A stretch of 64,000 bases of DNA from the human T2T-CHM13v2.0 reference genome, Homo sapiens. The stretch's first letter is position 1; each line of letters opens with the position of its first letter. The notes under the pieces were generated by a model that was given only the letters and a program-made list of their open reading frames with translations, did no database searches and was not told the DNA's origin. The translations under genes were made by a program, and so were the position numbers. The stretch is from assembly GCF_009914755.1 (NCBI RefSeq), contig NC_060937.1; one strand, 5' to 3'. Shown piece by piece: positions 39,698-56,548 of this stretch.

Positions 39698-41448
39698 CTC
39701 CCCAAATAAATCAAGCATTATATTAAAAACTGCACACTATATTTTAATTTTTCATGATAGATATTAGGCTTGAGTTGCAGGTAATATGAGACCTTTGGTG
39801 GAGGTTAAGCCTAAGGATTTCATAAAATTTTGAATGTCACCATAAACAAGATTCAAACTAACTTTAGATGAATCATCCTCAGTCAAAAGATGGGAAAGTA
39901 GGTGTTAGCATCAGCCTTAGAAATGGGGTATGTCATTCATCAAGTACCCAGAGTCCTATAATCTGAATTCCTGCTGTCACTCCCACCCTTCAAAGTACCC
40001 AACTCACATTGATTTGGGATGAGTTCTAAACAGGTGTTTCCTCTGTGTTGCAAATGGTTTGAACTGGAGCCTTGCATACCTCTGGCATGTTCATCCAGAC
40101 CCAGCTGATGCTCATGAGCATGTATGCTCATCTGACGGCCAGTCCTTGCTGATTCCCACGTTGGTCAGCACTGGACACAGAACAGATGTTGGGGATTATA
40201 GGGAAGGATTCGGGAGGCCATGGGCCTGAGTGTCTGTGGAAGTCATTCATTGTGGAGACGCAGACAGGCCCTGCAGAGTCTTCAGTGAGAAGTTCGATTA
40301 AATAAGCCTCAATGGGCCTGCGTATCAGGACGCAAAACAAATGTTTTCCAGGTATCCCTTAATTGAAAGAAAAATAATAAATCATCATCTTCAAGTCAGG
40401 CTAAATGAGGAAGGGAAATAATCCCAATCCCACAAGTTTTCATCTGACTTCTAATCTAGGAGTTCATTAGTGGGATCATGGCACGTAAGCATCCGAGTAG
40501 AATCCTCTGATTAATTAATTCCATGAGGAATCATCGGAAGACAGTTTGCAGAGCAGAGGGAGGCTGACTGCCCCCGTGGGAAAACTCTTTTAAGGTTGGG
40601 CCCAATTTTCCCCAATATGACACAGGACTCTTTCTTCCTGGTCTGTTCTGGTTGTCCTGGAGTTTCTTTGTCAAGCTGCTCCACTGATGGTATTGTCTAC
40701 ACCTCAGCTCCCTGTCCAAGACACTCTCAGAGGTCTGAGGCGTGGAACTCTGTGGGCTATGAAAGGGTTTTACTTTTTGCTGAACCACCCACCTACAGCC
40801 CTCCGCTTATTGAAGCAGCAGAAAGCTCACCAGAGGTGGCTTCTTGTTTCCTTCAGTGTTTCCAAGTTACTCTGTAGACTTAGTGAACCTAAGCTTTGCA
40901 CTCCTCATAGCTGTGTATGAGTCTTTTTCTGCGATAAGCATAGAAATGTTTCATCTCAGGAGAAAGCAAGTTGGTAATAAGGAAAACAAAGCAACTGACA
41001 ATAGTTGATTAATATTTTTTAAAGAAGAGGGGATAAAGGACACATACAACTGTATGTCATTGACATTAAATGCCATACAAAAACGCAAGTAAAACTATAA
41101 GGGAAAACAAAATGTACCCTTGTAGTAAATATTCTGTGAACCAAAATCTCAAGTGCAGTCATAGAAGTCATTCACTCAACTTTTGTGGCATTTTATTTTT
41201 TTTGCTTTGTCTTTCTATTCTTTCTTTCTTTCTTTTTTTTTTTTTTTTTTTTTTTTTTTGAACAGCCCAATGTAACTCCATTGGTTGTGTTTGGAAAAAT
41301 GAAAGAAAAGGCTAATTATTGTCCTTTGCTTTTCTTGCTCTGAAAACAGCTTCCATTCTCCACAATTAATGGAGAAATATAAGAAGACAGTTCTATATAA
41401 GCAAAAGAAATACCTCGGGGCCTTTAACAATTAAAAGGAACAAAGACA

Positions 41449-41772
<324 letters not shown>

Positions 41773-42724
41773 CTAGATGATTTTTATGAAGAGTATATAT
41801 CAAATATTATTTATATATTAATCCAGCTTTAAGATGGGAAAATGCTATAAACGTAGGAAGTTCTCCATAGAAGAATCAGTCAAAAGTATTCCTGTTTGCT
41901 CATGTCTAAGAATTCTGAAACTAGGGAAACTGTATTGAAAAGATAAATTGAAATATATTGGAACGGGAAATGTAGCTAAAGTGTTTCCATTAGGGTACAA
42001 TGAGAAAAACTGGATCTGTTTTATGTAAATTTTCAACAGTGACCTGGTTAAAAAAAAAAAAAAAGTTGAAGTACATTAATTAAATTTACAGAGCCAGAAA
42101 AGGTGAAGACCCAGGAGGTTAAACATAGAAAATACAGATGGACTGAAAGAGATGAGAGGAAACGGACAGACTTTTACAGCATGATATTCAGCTTGGAAAT
42201 ATGCGGGAGAATACGACAGGGAATACCAGCCAAAAGTCAGATAGCTAGTTTAAAGAAAAAGTTAATAAAACGTTGAAGTCTGAAAAACTGTACAGACCAA
42301 AGCCAGGAAATTACAAAGTTATGGATCCCGCAGTAACTGTAAATTAACCCCATTGCACATATGTAGTATTTCACATTACCGTCTGTGGTGTTAACTTTCA
42401 TGCCTAAACATGCATGTGTGTGTGTGTTTCACCTGAATTATGGTTGTAAAGGGAACAAAGGTGCTAACAGGACACGGAATGGATCGCCAGCTCCTTTCAT
42501 GGGTCTCCCAGGAGCCTCTAGGCCCAAGCTGCTCATCCACCATGGAATAGAGCAAGCAGGGAGACATGCTTTGATTCAAAGAGTGTTCTCCAGAGGGGCT
42601 AGGAAGAGACACCTGTTTCTTGACAATTATTAAGGAAGTCGTGAGTGTCGTGGGTAGATGGAAGGATGTCTGCAACACGTTCCAGAGACAATGCATTGGA
42701 TTTCCATCATCCCTTCTCCTTTCC

Positions 42725-43032
<308 letters not shown>

Positions 43033-43249
43033 TGATTGCCTCATGGGAACTACTCTCTCTTTCACCAGCGTGCTCCTTTTACCCCCATTTTTTGCCTCCA
43101 TACCACAGTTTGTCCTCTACATACCCCTTTGTCTTGGAGGGCTCGTTCCAGGTGCTAAGAGGCAGTGCTTTCCTTTTAGAGCTTCCAATCTATGGATCTG
43201 GTTATTTGTTTGCCCGTTTTGGTTGATTTTTGTAAACATTTTTTAGTCA

Positions 43250-45620
43250 ACTTACATGGTGTGCTTTCCAACACATCTCTCACTTCAGGCACAGGACCAG
43301 GACGGAGGAGTCCGCAGCCTCCCTGAATCATTGCTCAGGCCTCTCTTCTGGTTCATGTGTCTGCTTCTAGCATCTTCCACCTTTTCTCATCACAGCAATG
43401 CGGTGGTTTGCCACTCTTCTTCCTGACTTTCGCCATATTGGGGATGTTTGTGCCAATGTGGAGACTCCTCTGTTACCATGTCTTCATACTCTTTTGACTT
43501 CCCTGGCTCCTGGGAGGTCCGTGTCCACAATTCATTCCCATCCCTTGGCAGGGCTGGCCCTCCACAACCTGGAATCTGTGTCATCCTCAAGATCTTAGCA
43601 TCCGATTCCCCGACTCACAGCCATCCCTGGTTCGGCTGCCTCCTGCCACCATCCCCACTGAAACTGCTCTGAACTTTCACTGCCATTGCCAACCTCTCTG
43701 CCTTGCAGTTGACGTCCACTCCTACCAGTTCTCCCAGCCTTCGCCTTTCTTCTTCCAGTGGGGCTCCAAAACCACTTGTGTAGGTGGGACATTTCTTCTT
43801 GTCCTTAACTCCCCTGCCCTTCTTGGTTCTGGGTTTCTGCCCTGTCGTCCCCACCATCTGCTTGACTCCGTGCACTCAGGCTGCTCCACGTTTGGCGAAA
43901 CGTGAAAGGATGTGGATCCTGCCCTCAGTCCTCGGGAGCGTGAAGGGCTGTGGATCCTGCCCTCAGTCCTCGAGTGGCGCTGGCAGGTGGGCTCTCCTTT
44001 GCTGACTTCCCGTGCCTGTCACAGCAGCTTCCAGGGGCTGGACTCCTCTGCTCTTCATGCCGAACTTGACTCCGCCTTCTGCTCACCACAGAGAGTGAGG
44101 CCCCTTCCCGGTGGCTCTTCAGCGTCCTCCTCGCCACCCTGGAAGCCTCTTCCCAGAGTCCTCTGCTGATGCTGATGCCTCCCATCTCCGAGTTAAGACC
44201 TGGCCTTGGCCTTCAGAGCTGCCGCTTTCAACTCCATTCCTGAAGCTGTTCCTCTCCTCACCCCAGGGCCTCCCTGCACCACTTTCCCTCTTGAGGTTTT
44301 ACATTTCAAGACCTTCTCCCTCCTGCCCGCTTCCTGCTGCCTTCCCGTCCTCTGGGCAGGCCCCACCGGCCTTTCCTCCACACTGACTCATGCATATTAC
44401 CGCCCCCGGTTCCCCTCCCTCACTGTCCTCCCAGAATTTCCTTCACCTTCACAGCACAGGTCCCACTGACGAGGACTTCATGGAGGGCTGGCTGTTCTTC
44501 TTCCTCCACCTCCTAGCATAGCTGTCACCCAGGTTCTGGTCACAAGCCTTTGCCCACCGTGTGCTCCTTTCCTCTGTGATCACATGCATCTCCATGGGTT
44601 CACCCCTCAGCAGGTGCAGGCGGCCCTCCCCACAGAGGACTAGCCTGGCCTCTGAGAGAGGCTGAGAGCTTGGGCTCTAGGGCCTTGTTGGATGCTGGCT
44701 CTGCCACGATCCTGGACAAGCTCCGTGACCCATCGTGCCTGAGTGACCTCACCTGTGAGAGGAGAATCAACAGCAACGTGGGTTGTCAGGAGGGTGAGCT
44801 GAGCTGATTCACAGAGAGGGCTGGGCACGTGCCATGGTGTGCGGTAGCAGAGTCCACGTGGCTCTTTCCTCACTGTCACAGCCGCCCTTCTCCGGCCACA
44901 TGGATCCATCTTTGTGGAGCACTCCACACCCACAATTCCTCAGCCTCTCTCCAGATCGAGAACTTTCTGACTCCTCCAGGAAGGGAGATCCACGGAGCCT
45001 CAGAGCCGCTAGTTCCACCTCCCCCGAGTACTGCTCCTGCTTCCCTGGGGGACACTTCCCCCTCCCATCTGGCTCTTGCTTGACTTGTCCCCTCCACTAC
45101 TTCAGGGGCCTCCTCCTATGCCTCCCAGATCCTGTCTGCCCTTCAGTTGCTCTCATAGCTGCTGCCTTGGTGACTGTTCCCTGTTTGAAACGATCCCATG
45201 GCTTTCTGTTGTGTCCTGAAGGAAATCTGAGCTCCTCAGTTCAGCAGCCCTCTTTCCTCACAGGCTTCCCTCCCCTCCATGCATGCCCTAAACCCAAGCA
45301 CACTGTTCTCCTGCAGGAAGCACCTCTGTAGGAGGCAGGGTGTCTGGCCGTCTTCTGGCTGCAATGCTCTTCTTACCTGCGCTGAAATGGATCCTCAATG
45401 AACCCCACACAGGCGTCTCTTCCAGAACCCGTGTGACTCTGCTCTGCCCTAGAAGTATCTCCTCACCCGTCCCATCCTGACCAATTGCTGCTTGAGGACA
45501 ACCACTGTCCCTCTTGTTCCCCATATAGTCCTGGCAGCAGCACACACTGAATCCAACTGTGGTGACTTCATGCCTGTGTCCATTCTTTAAACCAGCATCT
45601 CAGGCCTCACACCAAGCACC
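43250..45620 (+). mobile_element. Extended degenerate L2 with MIR-like insert (~44640-44860)
   Basis: Long pyrimidine-rich L2-like tract (ctccatgggttcacc; ccctgtttgaaacgatcccatggctt). Confidence 0.45.
43901..43972. repeat. 38-bp tandem duplication
   Basis: cgtgaaaggatgtggatcctgccctcagtcctcg at 43901 and cgtgaagggctgtggatcctgccctcagtcctcg at 43939 (2 mismatches in 34 nt). Confidence 0.9.
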
Positions 45621-45729
45621 AGGGCAGAGAGTGGAATGTATCAAAATTGTGGCAAATTTTGCACCAAGAGACAAAAGTCCAGGAATTAAATAAGTGGCCT
45701 ATTCAAATATTAACATGCCATTTGCTTCA

Positions 45730-46800
<1,071 letters not shown>

Positions 46801-47187
46801 CTTTTTGCCAGAACTCCCTCCCCTGTCCATGGACAGGGCATTTGCTAGATTTCAAGCATTGTCCAGTGAGGTTTTTCATGTCCCCGCTGAGAGTCTTGGG
46901 CATTGCACAGAAGGGAGGGGTCTGAGCTGGAGCCCTTGTGCTGCTCTGTGTGCTCCATTAGAGGAACGAGAGCATGCGCCTCCAGGGTTTGAACCTAGGG
47001 AGCATCTGAGATGGTCCAGAGTGGGCCATCTGGAGAGGCATCCTCTCTCCAGAGATTCTCAGAACAATAATAATACCTCCAGGATAGTTCAGCCGTTGCA
47101 AGCTTGAAATCCCTGGAGAACTGCTATGCTGTCAACTGGAGGCTTCCTCTCCTCACTCAAATTACTTCCCTTTTATAAAAATGATTC

Positions 47188-47528
47188 TAGTCATGCATGA
47201 TGTAACAACGTTTCAGTCAACAGCAGACCACACATATGACCAGGATGGTCCCCTAAGATGATAATGCCATATTTGTACTGTACCTTTTATATGTTCAGAT
47301 GCATAGATACTTAGCATTGTGTTACAGTTGCCTACAAAATTCAGTACAGGAACATGCTGTACAGCTTGTAGTCTACAAGCAATGGGCTATAAAAGATAGC
47401 CTAGGTGTCTAGTGTGCAATCCCATCTAGGTTTGTGTCAGTACACTCCAGGATGCTCCCACAACAACGCACTCACCTAACTATGCATTTCCCAAAATGTG
47501 TCTCTATTGTTAAGCAATATGCATCTGT
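47188..47528. mobile_element. Tigger3a/MER7A-like
   Basis: agtcatgcatgatgtaacaacgtttcagtcaac...gttaagcaatatgcatctg-ta. Confidence 0.8.
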
Positions 47529-48046
47529 ATTTTGTAACCTGTCGATCGCTGCCTGTATGATTTGAAAACGAATGTTATTTTCGCTTCATAGATCCCAACT
47601 TTAATGGGACTTGTACTACTAAGGAATAGTGAGGAACCGTGAAATCCAATCAAACCTGGCTGCCTGTGTAGACTCCCAGCCTTCTATTCATGGATAAGCT
47701 GCATGTTGCTTATTAACTGAGCACCAAGATGTAGCAGCTTTGCTTTATTGCGTAATGATGCATGACTGCTTGCTCAGTTAGCACAACTGCTGTGTGCTGG
47801 AGGAATAGAGAAATCCTGTGGAAACAGTCCAGTTATTACGTTTATTGTTTTAAACTGTTACATTTTAAGCAAAATAGAAAAAGACAAGGGTCAGAAATAT
47901 AGTAAAATAATTAATTTATGTATGGTAAAGTCAGACTAGGATTACTGGGCTAAAAATTGAAGCTGGACTATACAAATTTAAAGGCTTGCAGTTGATTAAA
48001 ATGAAAGTTATTTAAATGCTAGCAAATCATGATATAGAAAATATTA

Positions 48047-48635
<589 letters not shown>

Positions 48636-48679
48636 GTATTTATCGCTAATAAAAAGATTATTTAAAAAATATGTATCTC

Positions 48680-48860
48680 TGACACCATGGGACAGGCACT
48701 GACTCTTGAATTGGAGAGACCTGGATTCAAATCCTGAGGTGGTCTCTTATTGTATGACCTTGGACTGTCCATTCAACTCCTGAGCTTTATTTCCTTTATC
48801 TGTAAAATGGGAATAATTAGTATCTCCCCTACAAGGGTTTTTGAAATAATGTATATAGGC
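48680..48860 (+). mobile_element. MIR
   Basis: agacctggattcaaatcctg...tgtatgaccttgg...tttcctttatctgtaaaatgggaataat. Confidence 0.75.
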
Positions 48861-49899
48861 ATACCCAGGAAAGAAGGGTTTGATAGAAGAGAGGGGAGCC
48901 TGAAACCAAGACCTGCCTCTCACTTATGCCTGAGGCCAGTGTGTCATTGATGAAAACAGGAAATACTAGGGACGGGGTGGGAGGAGGTGAGGGTTGGTTT
49001 TAGGCAAAACATATACATATTTATGATTTGGGATAACCTTGTTGGAAGTCGGAATGATTGCAGGGTGTGCTGGTGAATCTGCCTGTGCCCCCAGCAGTGT
49101 GTATGTATGTGTGTGAATCGTTAGCCTGCAATGTGCACCTCATTCTGTCAAATGCGTGGCTACTTATTGATGAGGTTCTGGGGGAGTGTGCTTTCTTCAT
49201 CTTTGTGTCTCTCAGAAGTAACCAAATAAGTTCTCAAAAACTGCTGGCAGAAGGAAGGCACGTTAATGGTGGATGTAACGTTATTCATTTCATGAAAGAA
49301 AGAAATCAACATTAAAATTAGAAAGCATTGTTTTAATTTCTGAATTGGGTACTTGGAATGGACATTCTTCACAATTTTCACTGGGTTATCATAAAATCTT
49401 TATTAATTCAAGTCTTTTCTCCCCCAAGAACATTTTTCTATTAAAAAATAACAACCACCACCATGAACTTTGGTGTGGAGGGGCAGTGAAAAGAGTAATA
49501 GTGAGAGGGAGAGAGAGAAAGAAGAATCCCTGTGGGGGTGCAACAAGCTGCTGCTAAATTTCAGTTGCAGTTGTCAGAGTTAAAGAAAACATTGGAGAAA
49601 ATGTCTCATCAAGGGGTCCCCGGATTTTTCTGCTCCGGGAAGGCTGCCTGAGGGATGGATCGCGGCCAGCTGGCAGGGGCTCAGACGCCTGGTACTGTGC
49701 TGCAGCCACTGAGCTCATTGGCTCCACCTAAGTCATTTTACAGTCAGAGCTGTTTCAAGATCAGCACACGGCACTGTACAGATGTTTGGGGTCGGGGAGG
49801 AGTAGAATTTGTGGAAGGAAGAAGTATATGCTTAGTTTTAAAGGTTTCATTCTAGGACCTCTCAGGGTTCTGGTGAAATGGATCATGTGAGAGTGGGAG

Positions 49900-50085
49900 C
49901 ACAGCTGACCAGGCTAGGCAGGACAGCCCTGTGAGGCAGTCTTGATTTTACAGAGGAGGAAAATGAGGCACGGAGAGGTTAATTAACCTTTTGAGTGTCG
50001 CAGTCTAAGGCTCAGAGGCACAGTTCCATCCCAGGTCTGTCTGAATCCCGAGTCCTCACTCCCGATTCACCACCTTACTCCACTG
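49900..50085 (-). mobile_element. MIR
   Basis: attttacagaggaggaaaatgaggcacggagaggttaattaac. Confidence 0.7.
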
Positions 50086-50444
50086 CTGAGACCATCCCTG
50101 TGAGTCCGGCCACTCAGTGAGTTAAGGAGGCCAATGGCCATGTCCCCACGGGGACATCTCTCTCCTCCTGAGAGTCTCTCTCATACATCTCAAATCTGAG
50201 ATACAGATTGAGAAACACCCCAGGAAATCCACTGCATGGAAGGCAAAACAACCTTGAGCCACAGCAGTGACCACAAGCAAGAGAAGCCTGGCTATGAGCA
50301 CAGTCATGATGTAGTTCAAGGTTGGGGAATTCAAGGCCTCCATGTCCATCCCAACATCTTCAGCTCCTCCTCACGTCGCCAGTGGATGTCCTCTGCAAGC
50401 TGATATAAATTATTTTCAAACCCAGATATACATTCTTGACTTAA

Positions 50445-51006
<562 letters not shown>

Positions 51007-52209
51007 TCATATGGCTTGACATAAGTACCCACGCAGTACTCTGATTTAGGATCCAGGGGTCTTCCAGGTCGAATTAGCATTTTCAGGGGTATTCTGAATG
51101 CCCAAAAGAGTGACTGACAGGGACTTTTCGGTAAAATGAAATATCTCATATTCAGGGTATGTTCGTGCATGTACTCTTTCTGTTATGTGATTTCCATTGT
51201 CTACATCTTCATTAATTCTAAGTAGGAAAATAGAGGCTGGGGACCATGTCCTTCCTGGCATCACTCTTGTCAGGCCCTGTGGGTGACTGCTTGCCTTTAG
51301 CACTGGTGAGGCCCGCTGTGGGGTGGGAGAAGTCTTTACCGTCATCAGTGACAATGACTAGAGTCTTCAGTGTATGATTCCTGCCATCTGGGAGTCTCCA
51401 TAAAAGCCTCAAGGCCAAGAGGGTCTCCAGGACTTCCAGCTCAGAAGTCCCCTTTCATTCAGTGATAAGGAGAAGATAAAGATAAACATGTGGCCTGGGC
51501 AGTTTCACTCTGTGTGATGGAGGCAGCTTCACTCCTTCCCCATCCCTGTGGAAGCAGCTGAGGCTCTGGAGCACAACTTGGGCTGAGAATCACCCTCTTC
51601 TTCCTGGGGCCGTGACTCAAGCAGACACCGTGGTCAGCCTTTTGATGTGCAGCTACGTGGACAACACTTTTCCTGAGCAATCATCCCCTCTTTTCTCATC
51701 TGTTTGGGCACAGAATTATTGGTGAACATCCTTCATCATCAAAGAGCGACATCTGAGTGCGTCTTCAGTGGTGTTCTCTGGAGATAAGAGCAGATAAGAG
51801 AACATCATGCTTGCCACTGCCTGATGAGGGGACGTTCACCTGCACCTATTAATTAAAATAGAAGACACCCAATGGGCATTGGGCACCAGGGGCTGATGTT
51901 TGTATTGGAATATAAAAAAGAGACTTAGACTTAGCTTTCTCTTGGCACCAGCATCACTATTAACACTTACTGTCTGTCACCAATCAGCAACCTATTCCCA
52001 GTATAATCTGGGACTTCTATAGCACAGCTCAACCCTTCCACCTCTCTGAGAGGAGTGGTGGGGTAGCCCTTCTCCTGACAGCAGGAGCAGATCGTACTCC
52101 CTGGGACCCAGTTCCCCCTCAAAACTCATTCAGGAATCATCACACATCATCGCTGGCCACATCTAGGATGTCTGAATAATTGTGGTTATAATCGATAGTG
52201 TAAAAAATC

Positions 52210-52412
52210 ATTAGTTATAGGTAACATGTATGGCATTTACCATGTGCCAAGCACCTTTTATAGTACTTTACACTTAGTAATTCACTTAAGCCTCACAGTA
52301 GCCCTACAAGGTATATTTTCCTCATTTTACAGAGGACAAAACTGAGCCACAGTAGTTAAGTAACGAGTCAATGGCAGAGCTGGGATTGGAGCCCCGGCAG
52401 CCTGCTCATGCT
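52210..52412 (-). mobile_element. MIR
   Basis: catttaccatgtgccaagcac...cattttacagaggacaaaactgag. Confidence 0.75.
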
Positions 52413-52787
52413 TGCTATGGACTGAATGTGTCTTGCTTCAAATCCCAGAGTTGCAGCCCTAACCTCCAATGTGATGGCTGCATCATGGGGCCTTGAGCAG
52501 ATAACTAGGGTTAGCTGTGGTCAGGAGGGTGGAGCTCTTGTGTTGGGATTAGTGCCCTTCTAAGGGACAGCAGAGAGCTTGATCACACTCTCTATTCATA
52601 CACAAAAAGGAGCACATAGTGAGATGGGAGGTCTCTGCAAGCCAGGAAGAGGTGCTTGCCAGAACCCAGGCATGCTGGCTCCCTGATCACAGACTTCCAA
52701 CCTCCAGGACTGCAAGCAGATACATATCTGTGGTTTAAGTCACCCGGTCTATGGTGTTTTGTTGTGGCAGCCCAAGGGGACGCAGAT
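52413..52787 (+). mobile_element. MLT1A-like MaLR LTR
   Basis: tgctatggactgaatgtgtc...tttaagtcacccggtctatggtgttttgttgtggcagccc. Confidence 0.85.
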
Positions 52788-53595
52788 GATGCTTTTCAAG
52801 ACTGTGCAGCCCCTCCTGGAAGCTTTAGCTCCTTGGCCTTGCAAGAAACACTTGCTGGTCACTGTCTTTGGTCCTTTCAGAGGCCCTTCCTCAGCGGTGC
52901 CTCCACCAGGCTCCTGACTTCATCCCCCTCTGTGGGAGGAGGGGTGAGCAAAGTACCTTCTCCCTCTGCTGTGGGAAGCATGAGTAACTCACAGATGGTG
53001 TCAGAGGGCGTGTGTTCAGGTAGTGCAGCCAGCAGTGAGTGAATGAAATGAAATGGTGTCTGTCTGTTCCAAGGCTGGGCTCTGCAGGGGCAGGAGAACA
53101 GCTTTAGTCTCTGCATCCCTGCACCTTCCACCTGCAGATGCCAGCGGGCCATTGCAGGTGGGAGGGGACCCATCTCAGGGCTCCTCATTCAGATGGTGAC
53201 AAGGTGAGGTGGCCGTCCACCCTATCTTTATCAGTATCTGTCCTAAATACTGCGCGTTGACATTGACGCTAATAGTCTGAATTATCAGGGGTTTGGCAAT
53301 CGTTAGGCATCCAATTTTTCTCTCCTGGACGGGCATACCTTTGCTATGTCAGCACAGTGCCTCTCTTGGCTTTCTATGTAACCACAGGAAGATTGCAATC
53401 TAGAAATAGTGATTGTTAAAATTGCCTATAAGTACACAATATAAACAATATGCCAGAGACACACAGGCCCCCAGCATAATTCCTGGAAGCTGCAGTCTCA
53501 CCTCTGCCAGAGAAGAGCCCCAGCAAGGATTGAGGCTGGGCATCCAGGTGCCTCTGCAGCCCTTCCCGTGGCTCCAGCTGGACAATTGCCCCTGA

Positions 53596-53976
<381 letters not shown>

Positions 53977-54849
53977 CAGACTGCTTATTTTTAAACCACA
54001 CAGTACTCGTTTTAAACCTGTCCCATTTTTACCTTGGAAATAAAAGTCGCGTATCTCAGGGGCGATATACTGTTTCTCTGCCTGGTTTCCCACGTCACGA
54101 CCTGTGGAGAATGGCCTAGGAACCACCTGTCTTTACATCCAGATAACAGCTTCAGGAAGATACAGCAGAGTAGGACAGGGGTCGTTCTGGGTGATGTAAA
54201 GTAGCTATTTGGTTAGACCAACATTTTGGTCTCTAAAATTGGGTCCTAAGGAGAAAAATAGGAAATTAAAATGATCACTACCTGAAAAAGAAAAATCAGG
54301 TAATAATTTGAGGGAGTCAAGGGCCTCACCTTTCTCTCAAATAAGTAGGCAAAGAACAGTAACAGCACTCCCCCTCCTCACACCCTGTTTAGGAAAATTG
54401 GGAAATGTCTTCTTCTCACTGCCTGCCTGTTTATTTAACAATGAACAAGAGTTTAAATGTTACCACCAATTCAAACCAAACACACCCCATTCTCTATGTC
54501 CTGAATGGAGAGGGAGTCTAGAGTTCTTGTTTGCTTCAGGGTTTCCTTTCTGGAGCTTTATTTATTTATTTTTTATTTTGTTTAACTAGTCAAGGGCAAG
54601 GGCAGTAGTGAGAAGTGGGGAAAGAGAAGAAGGGGCAGTTGGATCTGTACCTGACTGTGAATAAACAGTGGAGGTAACTCGCTGCCTCCAGACCAGCCTC
54701 CTCTGTAGAGCTTGTAACCTTGGGCCATCCTGCAAATCAGTGGAGAGCAGTTGCTTCGGTCCTGAATAGCTCACAGGGTGGTGGGAAGGTTTGCCAGAGT
54801 TGTCCCACCTCATGCACACTCCCTTTCCCCCATGAGCCACTGGAGTGGA

Positions 54850-55505
54850 AACAGACACCATACCAAGTGCTGCTGAGGATGTGGAGCAACCGGAATGCGC
54901 CTGCACTTGCTTTATTCAGACAGCCACTTTGGAGATCTCTTTGGCTGTGTCTAATAAAGCTAATCACACTCTTCCTGTATGATAGAGCAACCCCACTCCC
55001 AGGTGTTGACCCAAAAGAACTGGAAACATATGTCCACACGCAAAAAAAGACTTGTAGAAGCTTGTAAATAGCAGCCTTATTCTTAATAATAGGCCCAAAC
55101 TGGAAATAACCCAAACATCCATCAACAAGAGACCGGATAAACAAATTGTGATCTATTCGTGCAATGGAATACGATTCCAAAACTAAAAAGAATGAATTAC
55201 AGATATGTGCAACAGCATGGATCCATCTCAGAGACATCATGTTGAGTGAAAGAAGCCAGATTCAACAGAACTGTACTCTGTCATTTCATTCATATGAAGT
55301 TTGAGAACAGGCAAAACTTAGCTATAGTGATAGCAGGCAGGGCAGGAACTGCCTATTGAGGGTGGAGATTGAATGAAAAAGGCACGGGAGGGCTTTCTGG
55401 GATAATGGAAATGTTCTATATTTTGTTTTGGGTGGTAGGTAGACAGGTGTAGACAGTTGTGTTAATGGCTGAAGATCTGTGCATTTTAGCATATTTAAAT
55501 TATAA
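54850..55505 (+). mobile_element. L1MC/L1MD-like 3' end
   Basis: ataccaagtgctgctgaggatgtggagcaacc...atggaaatgttctatattttg...gatctgtgcatttt. Confidence 0.8.
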
Positions 55506-56247
55506 CCCCCAGGAAGCATTGCCTCATCTTCCTGGGGGATGTATATGCTTGTTAAGAGCATACTGGGGGTGCTTTTGAGAACCCCTTACCATGTTATTAT
55601 GTTAATGAACCACCACTAATTTTTGTGGTTTCAAAATAGCAAGGTTCATTGATAAAACTCCCTTGTGCCTTGGTGACAAAAAACACTGATACCGCCCACT
55701 GTCAAAGTAAGTGTGTTTGTTATTTTTGTTTTTAATGACACTAAATTTGTAGGAATGATATTTTTAGGTGGTTGCTCAATCTCACCCGCCATCAGTTGCA
55801 GGTGACAGGGATGTTAAGTTGGCAGATTTTTGTGCTAGAAGCTGTGGGTTTACATCTCCTTTGTGCAGGTGTCCTAGACATACCAGTGGCTTGTTATTTA
55901 AACATTGGGATCGGGTGTGTGGGTGGTTTTTAAGTTATAGTAGGGATGCAGGTGCTGTGGGATCGCTTCATTGTTTAACAATTCCTTTGCATTCACACAG
56001 GGCTTCTGAAATGAGTGCTAGTAGAATCATCTTCAGAGGATGTCCCAATACGTTGAACTGAGATGCCTTCCTGTTTGCTGTGGAATTAAGCTTAAAATTG
56101 ACACCAAGCTCTAGGCATTTCGTACAGGGAGAGAGTGGGCATGAATGATTTCGGGAAATGAAGAACTAGATTTCAGCCTGGAATTTGCTTCCTCCCTCCT
56201 GTGGCAAATTAGCGTGGGCTCACTAAGCACTTCATCTGGCCATGGTA

Positions 56248-56548
56248 TTTTCTTTTTCTTCTTTTTTTTTTTGCTCCCAGATAGGGTCACTCTGTCACCT
56301 AAACTGGAGTGCAGTGGCACAATCATAGCTCACTTCAACCTTGAACTCTTGAGCCCAAGCGATCCCCCCACCTTAGCCTCCCAAATTTCTGGGACTACAA
56401 GCGCACTACCACACCCAGCTATTTTTATTTTTTGTAGAAACAGGGTCTCACGATGTCCTGGCTGATCTGAAACTCCTGACCTCAAACCGTCCTTCACCTC
56501 AGCATCCCAAAGCGCTGGAATGACACGCGTGAGCCACCACGCCTAGCC
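56248..56548 (-). mobile_element. AluJ
   Basis: Reverse Alu with atcatagctcac and ttttgtagaaacaggg. Confidence 0.9.

Noticed and set aside
41218-41259. Long T tract as the tail of a processed pseudogene
   Set aside because: No recognisable adjacent retrocopy body or TSD.
42090-42280. ~60-codon open stretch (EPEKVKTQEVKHRKYRW...)
   Set aside because: No recognisable protein or donor site; faint resemblance to CR1/L3 relics, too weak to call.
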